Assembly: GCA_032128115.1 (NCBI GenBank)
Contig: JAQBHB010000093.1
Location: 177,599 to 241,598, forward strand
Source: Deltaproteobacteria bacterium
Lineage (GTDB): Bacteria > Myxococcota_A > UBA9160 > SMWR01
DNA length: 64,000 bases
Direction of reading: 5' to 3'
Shown here in pieces: positions 48,404-56,877 of this stretch. The notes under the pieces are model-generated. The model was given only the letters and a program-made list of their open reading frames with translations, did not search any database and was not told the DNA's origin. A program made the position numbers and the translations under genes. How positions within the stretch are numbered: position 1 is the stretch's first letter; each line of letters begins with the position of its first letter.

Positions 48404-49348
48404 ATGGAAGCCACTTTCGTCTATCCGGAACGAAATCTGTGGGCGGCCGCCCGCGACGGATTCGTCTGGTTGTCAGGTCCGGTTAGCGAGCGCGGCGCCT
48501 CGCGGGGATTTCGCATCTCGCTCCACATGGGCGGGCGCAGGCTGCACGAACGGCGGCTCGCCATGCAGAAGCATCCCGTCGGCAGGCGCCTGCTCGAGGA
48601 GCGCCCGAACCTGTGCGCCAGGCTGATCGACATGACGGCCCTCGCCGCCATGCCCGACGGCTCCCTCGGCCGCGCCTTCCACACCTTCATGGATCACCCG
48701 GAGACGATCCCCGGCTACATGCTCTCGGGCCTGATCTACAAGGACGACTGGTTTGACACCGTTCCGATGGACGACGAGCTGCGCTGGGCCCTCGAACGCT
48801 GGTTTCAGACCCACGACCTGATGCACGTGGTCAGCGGCTACGGCGCCGACCTCCCTGGCGAGGGGCTCAACATCTACTTCTCCGGCGGCTACTGCCTGGA
48901 CATTTCCTGGCGCACTACGTTCTGGAGCCCTTATGGACTCGCGCCGCGCCTGATGCGCCCGAGCGTCGGGCGACGTCGCTGGCGCGGCTACCTGCGCGAG
49001 GCCTGGGCCCGCGGAAACGCCGCGTGCCGGCACTTTCCGTTCGAGTCGGTCCCGTGGGAGCAGCTGCTTCCGCAACCGCTCGGCGAGGTGCGACGCACAC
49101 TCGGTCTGCCGCCGCTCGCCGACCCTGCGATGAACAGCGCCGAATGGACGGACGAGAGCTTCTTCACGCTCAGGTTCCTCGCCTCCAACGTCGACCTTCA
49201 GTCGGTGCAGGGCGTGAAGGCGGCCGTCGAGGCGGGCGTTCCGCTCAAGGACCTGATGCGCGCGGACCCGGAAACCCGCGGCCGCGTGGAGAAGCTGGCC
49301 CGGGAGGGCGCGGACGCGAAGGTCCTGGTCAGCGCGCTGGTGGCCTGA
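48404..49348 (+). CDS. Coq4 family protein
   Basis: LAAMPDGSLGRAF, THDLMHVVSGYGADLPGE (HDxxH...E). Confidence 0.8.
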   Translation: MEATFVYPERNLWAAARDGFVWLSGPVSERGASRGFRISLHMGGRRLHERRLAMQKHPVGRRLLEERPNLCARLIDMTALAAMPDGSLGRAFHTFMDHPETIPGYMLSGLIYKDDWFDTVPMDDELRWALERWFQTHDLMHVVSGYGADLPGEGLNIYFSGGYCLDISWRTTFWSPYGLAPRLMRPSVGRRRWRGYLREAWARGNAACRHFPFESVPWEQLLPQPLGEVRRTLGLPPLADPAMNSAEWTDESFFTLRFLASNVDLQSVQGVKAAVEAGVPLKDLMRADPETRGRVEKLAREGADAKVLVSALVA

Positions 49349-49350
49349 AC

Positions 49351-49377
49351 ACGCTACAGGGATCCCCTCGGCGGGCC
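49351..49377. repeat. degenerate partial copy of the 85-bp IS91-ori module
   Basis: ACGCTA + CAGGGATCCCCTCGGCGGGCC; 20/21 identical to 52616-52636, with 13 bp of the module missing between the two parts. Confidence 0.75.
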
Positions 49378-49630
49378 AGGCTCTCGCCCTCAAGGTCGTC
49401 GGATCGGAGGACATCGCGAGTGCGATCGACATGGAGCGCGAGGGATGGAAGACGCGAACGTCTATTCAGTCCCAGGCGGTGCGGATCGACTACCTCGACA
49501 TGCGGGGACCGAAGATCACCATCGGACGCGACGACCACGGCAGCCTTGTGGTCGTCGCGGTGAACGGCCGAATTCGCGAATCGGTTGGCGCGACTCACGT
49601 CGACATGGCGGAAATCCTGCTGGAGCGTCC
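49377..49630 (+). pseudogene. internal fragment of a phosphodiester glycosidase (NAGPA/DUF2233-like) gene
   Basis: RGPKITIGRDDHGSLVVVAVNGRIRESVGATHVDMAEILL resembles 'R.PRTAiG...G.l.lvvvDGR...S.GaT..elA.il'; lacks LDGGGS and the N-terminus. Confidence 0.55.
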
Positions 49631-49634
49631 CCCG

Positions 49635-50771
49635 CTAGCGCTCACCGTCCGACGCGGCCCGTCCGACGATCTCCGTGGCGATGTAGCTGGCCACGTAGTC
49701 TTGAGCGAGCGCGCTCGGGTGAAAATCGAGCTTGTGCACCTGGTACGGGGTTCGATCGGCTCGCCAACCCTCGGGCAGAATTTTGCCAACGCGATGGAAT
49801 CGAGAGTCGGATTCGAAGATCCCTTCGATCGGAAGCCAGGGTTCGTCCCAGAAGACGATGTGGAATTCGGAGCCCGGGTAGCGCGACTCGACCAGCCGCC
49901 GAGACTCGTCCAAGATCGCGAGGTAGAGTGCGTAGTCCTTGGGCTCGGGCCGCCGAAAACGCTGATGTAGCTCTGAGAAGAGGCTCGATCGATACAACCT
50001 CTCGAAGATCTTTCGTCGTGTATCGAGATAGAAGTCATCGTCGAAGCGCCCGATCCGCTTGAGCTGCTCGCCCGCGCGCTTGACGTAGTGCGGCCCGTGC
50101 GGGTCCCAAAGCTCCATTCCCGCAGATCGGAATGCGTGGAACCAGATCCCCTGATAGATCACGAAGCGCGGCTTGCACTCGATCCGGTCGTCGACGTAGC
50201 CGCTCTCGAGAGCGGCGAGCATCTGATGCGGTCCGTAGCCGTGAAGCCCAAAGTTGTAGACGCGATACTCTCCTCCGGTCTTGACTCCAGTCTGGTACGG
50301 GAGCGTGACGTCATCATCGAGTCCTTCACCGAAGGTGAAGGAACCGCCAAAGAACAGGATGCACTCGACGCCGCCCCCCTCCGCGACGGGCGGCGCTACA
50401 CGCAACGCGCTCGAGTCGATCGTGTACACGACGTCGTACAGTTGCTCGTCGCGTAGTCGTCTCCGTGCGCGCACTTGCTGGTCCGGGTTGACGCTGTACC
50501 CCAAGTCCGCGTGATCGCTTTTGATGTACTCGCCCGGATCGTAGCCTTCGACGAGAAAGTGATTGCGATAGGCAAATCTTCCCTCCGCGCCCGCAACTAG
50601 CAGCAGCAGAACGGCCAGGTTGAACCAGAGCGGTCGGAAGCGCACACGCATAACGACCGCAAAGAGAAGGAGCGTGAACCAGATCAGCGCGATCCACAGA
50701 TAGGGTTGAGGAAGATTCTCGAGTGCGAGCGCGGAGGCGACGGCCGCTGCCAGGACGAGCAGAAATCTCAT
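49635..50771 (-). CDS. membrane-anchored SGNH/GDSL-like protein
   Basis: N-terminal TMs, FFGGSFTFGEG, YNFGLHGYGPHQM, DFHPS; ATGA overlap with GT2 stop. Confidence 0.8.
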   Translation of the reverse strand: MRFLLVLAAAVASALALENLPQPYLWIALIWFTLLLFAVVMRVRFRPLWFNLAVLLLLVAGAEGRFAYRNHFLVEGYDPGEYIKSDHADLGYSVNPDQQVRARRRLRDEQLYDVVYTIDSSALRVAPPVAEGGGVECILFFGGSFTFGEGLDDDVTLPYQTGVKTGGEYRVYNFGLHGYGPHQMLAALESGYVDDRIECKPRFVIYQGIWFHAFRSAGMELWDPHGPHYVKRAGEQLKRIGRFDDDFYLDTRRKIFERLYRSSLFSELHQRFRRPEPKDYALYLAILDESRRLVESRYPGSEFHIVFWDEPWLPIEGIFESDSRFHRVGKILPEGWRADRTPYQVHKLDFHPSALAQDYVASYIATEIVGRAASDGER

Positions 50772-52534
50772 GCCTCGCCCGTCGACCGGACGAGTGGCGG
50801 GCCTGACTGCCTCAAGAGAAAGAAGTGACCCACGGAGAGCCCGTGGATGAACGCCCAGAAGCAGAGGATCCATGGAATCGGGTTCTTAGGCGACGCGATC
50901 GCGATCGCGCAGAAGCAGCTCCCCGTGGCTACGAACACCGCGAACATCCACGTTTGAGGAGCGAGGAACAGTGGCCCTCGGCTCGTCGAGCCGGGGTTCC
51001 GCCGCGAGCCGTCGAACTGGGTCGGGGCACGGCGGAAGAGCGCCTCCCTGACTCCGCTCATGTAGACCGGAGCACTCACGGTCGTCAGGCCGTGGACCAG
51101 GATCGAGTTGCGGATCGGGTACCCGCGCATGGCCATGTTGATGTGGGGGAAGAGCAGCACCAGGACATACACGGCGTAGAACGAGCCGAACGCCCAGCTG
51201 GGAGCGCCGAGCCCTGCTCCGAATGCGGTTGCTTCCGGGACGTAGAGAAAGGCCCCGACCAGAGCCGCCGTGGGTGCCAGGCTGAGCGCCGAGAGCACGA
51301 ACAACTGGAGGTAGAAGCCTGCGGAGAAGAGGTAGTCGATGCCGAGGGAGAAGGGGCCCTTCCCAGCGAGACTGCGCCCAAGGAGCGTAAGCGCGAGCGA
51401 CGTGTTGCCGCTGGCCCATCGACGTTGCTGGCGCCAGTAGGTCTCGAGCGACGGCAGCGCCAGGCCGTTCGCGTAGATCTTCCGCACGTAGTGCGACTTC
51501 CAACCCTGCGCCTGCAGGCGATACGAAGTCGACAGATCCTCTGTCACGTTGTCCTCATCCCAGCCGTCGACTGAATCGAGTGCGCTCAGCCGAATGACGA
51601 AGTTGGTGCCGAAGCAGGGCGCTGAGCCGCGTTCCGCCTTCCCCTCCATGAGACAGTCGTAGACGAGCATCTGCTGCTGGGCGGCCGCGAAGGTCACGAG
51701 CGACTCCTCGCTGTTCGAGTAGGCCTGAGCCGTCTGGACGAATGCGAGCTCCGTGTCCTCCTCGAGAAGAGGGATGAGATCGGCGAGCATCGAGCCCTTC
51801 ACGGTCCGTTGATCTGCGTCGAACACCACGGCGTAGGTAATGGAGGGATCCAAGCGGGCCCGGGCGTCGTTAAGGGCGGCCGCTTTCGTTCCCCGGTTCG
51901 GAAGATCGAAGACGTCGACGTTGTAGCGGGCCGCAAGTTGCAGCGCGAGCCTCTTGTGTTCTTTGGACCGCGAGTTCTCGACCAGGAAGCAACGGATGCC
52001 GGGGTAGTCGAGATTGCGGAGAGAACCAAGGCTGCGTTCGAGCACTTCCGGGGGTTCGTCGCAGGCCGGGATCAGGATCGCTACTCGAGGCGGCTCGTCC
52101 ATCGTCTCAGGCGACGCGAGAGGAATTCGGGAGGAGTCGGAAGATCGAGGAGCGCGATCGCGGCGTGCCCCTTTGCGGCACAAGTACAGATAGAAGAGCA
52201 GGTGCGTTAGGGCGATTGCTTCACAGATGACCACCCCGACGAAGAGGAGTGCCGCTGCAGCGTGGATCCATGAACGCCCGTCCGGACCGCCAGCCAGATC
52301 GCCCACGACCCGGATTAGAAACGGAATCCGAACGATCTGCACCGCGCCGAAGGCCGAGACCGCAAGGACCATGATCGCGGTGAGTGTGCTGCGAAGCGCT
52401 GCTGAACGGTGGCCCGCTTCGAAGACGTGATTGACGTCGCGCAAGTTTCGATAGACACGAAAGTGGAGCACGACGAGTACGCCCGCGAGCAGTGCGGGGA
52501 AGAGCAGGAGATGCAGCCATTCGATACTGGGCAT
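50768..52534 (-). CDS. processive GT2 glycosyltransferase (cellulose synthase-like)
   Basis: TKAAALN, FDAD, VQTAQ, VTED, QQRRW and flanking TMs. Confidence 0.9.
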   Translation of the reverse strand: MPSIEWLHLLLFPALLAGVLVVLHFRVYRNLRDVNHVFEAGHRSAALRSTLTAIMVLAVSAFGAVQIVRIPFLIRVVGDLAGGPDGRSWIHAAAALLFVGVVICEAIALTHLLFYLYLCRKGARRDRAPRSSDSSRIPLASPETMDEPPRVAILIPACDEPPEVLERSLGSLRNLDYPGIRCFLVENSRSKEHKRLALQLAARYNVDVFDLPNRGTKAAALNDARARLDPSITYAVVFDADQRTVKGSMLADLIPLLEEDTELAFVQTAQAYSNSEESLVTFAAAQQQMLVYDCLMEGKAERGSAPCFGTNFVIRLSALDSVDGWDEDNVTEDLSTSYRLQAQGWKSHYVRKIYANGLALPSLETYWRQQRRWASGNTSLALTLLGRSLAGKGPFSLGIDYLFSAGFYLQLFVLSALSLAPTAALVGAFLYVPEATAFGAGLGAPSWAFGSFYAVYVLVLLFPHINMAMRGYPIRNSILVHGLTTVSAPVYMSGVREALFRRAPTQFDGSRRNPGSTSRGPLFLAPQTWMFAVFVATGSCFCAIAIASPKNPIPWILCFWAFIHGLSVGHFFLLRQSGPPLVRSTGEA

Positions 52535-52549
52535 GGCATTAAGTGGCTG

Positions 52550-52634
52550 GAGGATAGGAAGTTCAAGCCGCGTTTGCGCGCGGCGTCCGAGTATAAACGC
52601 TATATCAATGCCGTGCAGGGAGCCCCTCGGCGGG
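52550..52634 (-). mobile_element. 85-bp module with IS91/ISCR oriIS-like end, copy 1
   Basis: identical to 54769-54853; minus strand ends GCGGCTTGAACTTCCTATCCTC, resembling the ISCR oriIS (GCGTTTGAACTTCCTATAC as recalled); hairpin GCCGCG-N6-CGCGGC at 52567-52584. Confidence 0.8.
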
Positions 52635-52834
52635 CCGGTTCGCGGAGTACTCACCGAAGAAGTCCCCCGCGAGTTCGGCGGACGTGATCAAGCAGATAGA
52701 ACTCTGGTGGTTCCGGGATGGGCGCACGCGACTCCCGCAGGTTCGCTAGCCTTCCGATCGCCCGGAGTTGCCACCGACTCACCTTCTCGACGCTGAGGAC
52801 CTGACGATGCGATCGTGCCCGCTGGGTCGACCTG

Positions 52835-54361
52835 CTACCCGAGCTTCGGCAGCTTCGCCGCAAACGGGTCGTCGAGCCGCAACAACTCCGCGTGCAGTGC
52901 ATCCCGCATAGCCGCGGCGCGCCTGGTGTGGGCGGGACTCTGGTTCTTCTTCTTCATGAGGTTCGTCTGCTCGCCCGGGTCCTGGCCGAGGTCGTAGAGG
53001 CGCGGTTGCATGCCGATCGGCAGGATGAGCTTCCACGCCGTGCTACGCACCGCGAACTGATGGCGCCGGCGGCCGGGTCCACCCATCTCGGCGAAGGCGT
53101 ACTGGCACCACGCATCCGGCTTCTCCCACGCGCCGCGCAGGCTGCGGCCGGCGAGGCCCCTCGGGTCGTGCGCGACGCCACACAGGTCGAGCACGGTCGG
53201 GAACAGGTCGAAGCCGGTGGCCGGCGCGGTGATCTTCTTCGCCTTCGGCACACGGCCGGGAAGGCGGAGGATGATCGGCACGCGCAGCGCCTCCTCGAAC
53301 ATCTGCATCTTGGACACGGTGCCGTGGCTGCCGAGGAGTTCGCCGTGGTCGGAGAGGAACACGACGAGCGTGTTCTCTTCGCAGCCCGCGTCATGCAATG
53401 CGTCGAGGATGTGGCCCACCCACGCGTCGGCCTCGGCGACCAGGCCGTAGTAGAGCGCCGTGTAGCGACCGATGCCGTCCGCGTTCAGCTTGATCGCGTC
53501 GGGCACGCACCGGCCGACCGCGCGCGGCGGCAGGTCGTCCTGCACGTTCTTCGGCATCGGCATCTTCGCCGGGTCGAACTTGTCGAAGTAGGGCTTGCTC
53601 GCGATCAGCGGCGCGTGCGGCGCGAGGAGCGAACACGTGACGCTGAAGGGCGCCTTCGGCTTCGACTTCAGGAAGGCGATCGCCTGCTGTGCGGTCCACG
53701 CGGTCAACGAATGCTTCGCGTCGAGGTAGCTGAGCCCGGACTCGTGATGGTGCGGCATCGGGATGCGGCGCTGCCGCGCGGTGCGCATCATGTCGTCGAG
53801 GGGGACCCTCTTGTAGGTGAGCTTCGTGTAGCGATCGCGGCCGTAGTCCTTGCCGGCCCAGCCCTCGGGTGCGTCGGTGAGCTTCCCCAACGCCGCGCGG
53901 TAGCCGTCCAGGTAGTAGGGCAGCCCGTCCTGGTAGCAGTCGCGATGGCCGGGACCGGTGTGCCACTTGCCGTGATAGCTGCAGGTGTAGCCCGCCGCCT
54001 TCAGCACCTCGTCGTACGTCTTCACGCCGGCGCGGATGCCGCCCTGCCGCTTGATCTGCACGTTGCCACGGCAACCGTGTTGTGCCGCGATCCGCCCCGT
54101 GAGCATCGCGGCGCGCGACGGTCCACACAGCGGCGCCGCGCACGTCGCGTCGGTGAAGAGCACGCCCTCGGCGGCGAGTCGATCGATGTTCGGCGTGGGC
54201 AGGATGGTGTTGCCGCTACACGACATCGCGTCCCACCGCTGCTGGTCGGTCATGATGATAAGCAGGTTGGTCTTCTGTCGCGGGACGATGGGCGTGCCGA
54301 CCAGGCCGACGAGACTGGCGCTGGCGGCACCACCGAGGAACTGGCGTCTGTCGAGGCTCAT
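52835..54361 (-). CDS. Tat-exported formylglycine-dependent (S1) sulfatase
   Basis: DRRQFLG Tat signal, IMTDQQR, CGPSRAAMLTG, GKWH, SDHGE, LYDLGQDPGE. Confidence 0.93.
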   Translation of the reverse strand: MSLDRRQFLGGAASASLVGLVGTPIVPRQKTNLLIIMTDQQRWDAMSCSGNTILPTPNIDRLAAEGVLFTDATCAAPLCGPSRAAMLTGRIAAQHGCRGNVQIKRQGGIRAGVKTYDEVLKAAGYTCSYHGKWHTGPGHRDCYQDGLPYYLDGYRAALGKLTDAPEGWAGKDYGRDRYTKLTYKRVPLDDMMRTARQRRIPMPHHHESGLSYLDAKHSLTAWTAQQAIAFLKSKPKAPFSVTCSLLAPHAPLIASKPYFDKFDPAKMPMPKNVQDDLPPRAVGRCVPDAIKLNADGIGRYTALYYGLVAEADAWVGHILDALHDAGCEENTLVVFLSDHGELLGSHGTVSKMQMFEEALRVPIILRLPGRVPKAKKITAPATGFDLFPTVLDLCGVAHDPRGLAGRSLRGAWEKPDAWCQYAFAEMGGPGRRRHQFAVRSTAWKLILPIGMQPRLYDLGQDPGEQTNLMKKKNQSPAHTRRAAAMRDALHAELLRLDDPFAAKLPKLG

Positions 54362-54483
54362 GGCCGCACTGTACCAGCCGCGCGATCCGTCGCGGTTTTC
54401 TTGTCCGTTTCTGCCCTCGCCATTCCCTCTCCGTGGGCGCCGCCACCGGCCCCCCCTGGAGGAACCGAAATGGAAGGCATACC

Positions 54484-54768
54484 ATGGGCATCATGCTCTC
54501 GATCGATCCGAACCCGTTCTGTATCACGATCCCGGAGTCGGCGTTCACGATCCCCGGGTTCGAGGCGTGGCTGGAGTCCGGCGCGTGCCCCGAGCACGGC
54601 CGCTTCGAGTTCCTCGACGGCGAGGTCTGCGTCGACATGAGTCCCGAACGAGCGGAGAGCCACTCATTGGTGAAGGGGGAGATCTACCACGTGCTGACCG
54701 GGGTCGTCAGGGAACGCAACCTCGGCATGATCTTTCCGGACGGCGTCACGTTCACCAACGACGCGGTC
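54484..54768 (+). pseudogene. Uma2-family (PD-(D/E)xK) endonuclease, 3'-truncated at the oriIS module
   Basis: GRFEFLDGEVCVDMSPE...SH...LG.IF.DG; family similarity stops at ...TNDAV exactly where the repeat begins, before the PD/ExxS catalytic region. Confidence 0.75.
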
Positions 54769-55230
54769 GAGGATAGGAAGTTCAAGCCGCGTTTGCGCGC
54801 GGCGTCCGAGTATAAACGCTATATCAATGCCGTGCAGGGAGCCCCTCGGCGGGGCGATTTCAAGCTGCATCGACCGCAGTGAGGGGCTGATCGGCGGCCC
54901 GATGGGTCGCACGGGCTCTCCGGCACCGTACAGCGCGGGAGCCGGGGCGAGCGTGGGCCTTGGGGTCCCATGGGGTGGGGTTCATGCACCCGTGCTGTCG
55001 CACGCGCGCCGAAGCTTCGGCGTCCTTGCCTTCCCGGGGATCAACGCGGTCGCCGAGCCCGTTCGAGCGCGCCTTCGGGTTCCGCAAACAGGGCCCGGAT
55101 GAAAGCGCGAAGCACTGCGCGCGTGAGCTTCGCGTCGTATGCACAGCGGCACCGGAGCGGATAAGGCAGCGTCAACACCCATTGGCGAATCGGCACCTCG
55201 GGCAGGACTCGATCGTGGCACCACATCGCC
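54769..55230 (-). mobile_element. IS91-family (ISCR-like) element remnant: transposase fragment + 3' region + oriIS module copy 2 (54769-54853)
   Basis: oriIS-like end lies downstream of the tnp fragment, as in ISCRs; tnp piece DRVLPEVPIRQWVLTLPYPLR. Confidence 0.8.
55083..55226 (-). pseudogene. IS91-family rolling-circle transposase fragment
   Basis: DRVLPEVPIRQWVLTLPYPLRCRCAYDAKLTRAVLRAFIRALFA matches the 'D.VLP..P.RQWVLS.P..LR' block; Zn finger and HUH/Y2 motifs absent. Confidence 0.82.
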
Positions 55231-55236
55231 GCCTAG

Positions 55237-56805
55237 CTACTCCTGGACGATCTTCGAGTCCCCGCGCCCCCAATAGCGGTCCTTGAGCAGGCGTTTGTAG
55301 AGCTTTCCGGTGGGCAGGCGCGGGAGCTCGCTCTCGAAATCCACCGACCGCGGGCACTTGTACGCCGCCAGACGCTCCCGTGCGTAGGCGATCAGCTCCT
55401 CGGCGAGCGCTTCGTCGGCGTTCACGCCCACGACGGGCTGTACGATCGCCTTCACCTCTTCTCCGAACTCCGGATGCGGCACCCCGATTACGGCCACGTC
55501 CTCTACCTTGGGATGCACGATCAGCTCGTTCTCGATCTCCTGGGGATAGATGTTGACTCCTCCCGAGATGATCATGAACGACGCCCGGTCGGTGAGGTAG
55601 AGGAAGCCGTCGTCATCGACGTAGCCCACGTCCCCGAGCGCCGTCCAGGCGGGATGCTTCGGGTGCTGCGCGCTCCGCGTCTTCTCCGGGTCCTTGTGAT
55701 ACTGAAAGGGCGTCGTGTCTCGCTCGAAGTACACGATGCCCGGCTCGCGGGTCGGCAGCTCGGCGCCGTCCTCGTTGCAGATGCGGATCGTCCCCATCAC
55801 CGCGCGGCCGACGGTCCCGGGATGGGCCAGCCAGTCCTCAGGCCCGACATAGGTCAGCCCATTCAGCTCGGTTCCGCCGTAGTACTCGTGCAGGATCGGC
55901 CCCCACCACGCGAACATCTGCTCCTTCACCTTTCGCGGGCAGGGAGCGGCGGCGTGAACCGCCACCCGGTGAGCGGAGTGATCGAACCCGGCGCGCTCCT
56001 CCTCTGGGAGCTTCAGCATGCGCGTGAACATGGTGGGGACCCACTGGCTGTGGGTGACCGCGTATTTCTCCAGGGCCTGCAACGCCTCCAGGGCGTCGAA
56101 TCGCTCCATCATGACCACCGTGCCGCCGAGCGACTGCATGGCGGTGCAGAAGCCGATGGGAGCCGAGTGGTAGAGCGGCGCGGGCGAGAGGTACACCGAG
56201 TCCGCATCCATGCGGAACAGACCCTTCAGCACGGCGTTCATCGCCAGACCGCGCGACACCGGCCGGCTCGACATGGGTCGCGTAATTCCCTTGGGCCGCC
56301 CGGTGGTCCCCGAGCTGTAGAGCATGAACTCGCCGAGCGGCTCCTCGGCGAGGGGTTCCGGGGGGTGCTCGTCCACGGCCGCCTCGTAGCGCTCGAAGCG
56401 ATCCGAAGCGCCTGCGGGCGGGCCGTCGATTACCAGGAAGCGCCGGCAACCGGGCGCGTGGTCGGGAATCTTCGATGCAGTCTCGTGCACGGCACGCGAG
56501 GACACCAGCACCTGGGCGCCGCAGTCGTCCACGATGTAGCTGGCTTCCGGTGCGGTCAGATAGCGGTTGACGGTGGTGAGGTAGAGCCCGGATCGGAACG
56601 CCGCCCAGGCGACCTCGAAGTAGCGGAGGTGGTTCTCCAGGAACACTGCGATGTGGTCGCCGCGGCGCAGCCCTTCGGTCCAGAGGAGCTGGGCCAGCCG
56701 GTTGGAGCGTGCATCGAGCTCGGCGTAGGTGAGCACCTCGCCGGTGCGCGCGGAGATGGCGGCGGCCTTGGCCGGGGAGGCCAGCGCGTAGTGTCCCGGG
56801 TACAT
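55237..56805 (-). CDS. acyl-CoA synthetase (AMP-binding)
   Basis: YSSGTTGRPKG, EYYGGTE, LGDVGY, SGGVNIYPQE, LPTGKLYK. Confidence 0.95.
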   Translation of the reverse strand: MYPGHYALASPAKAAAISARTGEVLTYAELDARSNRLAQLLWTEGLRRGDHIAVFLENHLRYFEVAWAAFRSGLYLTTVNRYLTAPEASYIVDDCGAQVLVSSRAVHETASKIPDHAPGCRRFLVIDGPPAGASDRFERYEAAVDEHPPEPLAEEPLGEFMLYSSGTTGRPKGITRPMSSRPVSRGLAMNAVLKGLFRMDADSVYLSPAPLYHSAPIGFCTAMQSLGGTVVMMERFDALEALQALEKYAVTHSQWVPTMFTRMLKLPEEERAGFDHSAHRVAVHAAAPCPRKVKEQMFAWWGPILHEYYGGTELNGLTYVGPEDWLAHPGTVGRAVMGTIRICNEDGAELPTREPGIVYFERDTTPFQYHKDPEKTRSAQHPKHPAWTALGDVGYVDDDGFLYLTDRASFMIISGGVNIYPQEIENELIVHPKVEDVAVIGVPHPEFGEEVKAIVQPVVGVNADEALAEELIAYARERLAAYKCPRSVDFESELPRLPTGKLYKRLLKDRYWGRGDSKIVQE

Positions 56806-56877
56806 GCTCGTCCTCCTGGAATAGGAGCATTGCAGATCCAGACTACTATGATACTAGTTGCGCAGGAGGAAATCGCC

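Noticed and set aside
49431..49970. ORF as a complete gene
   Set aside because: Only the first ~65 codons look protein-like; the rest is antisense to the SGNH gene. Treated as a fragment.
52586..52613. TCCGAGTATAA-ACGCTA-TATCAATGCCG as a dif/XerCD site
   Set aside because: The left arm resembles a XerC arm, but the right arm lacks the conserved TTATGTTAAAT. A non-canonical recombinase site is not excluded but cannot be supported.
52550..54853. The 85-bp repeats as integron attC sites or prophage att sites
   Set aside because: No RYYYAAC/GTTRRRY ends or long palindrome, no integrase or tRNA nearby, and cargo is cut mid-gene; the IS91-like end explains them better.
56842..56858. ACTACTATGATACTAGT as an operator in the divergent promoter
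   Set aside because: Symmetry is too short (4-bp arms); it may simply be overlapping -10 elements.
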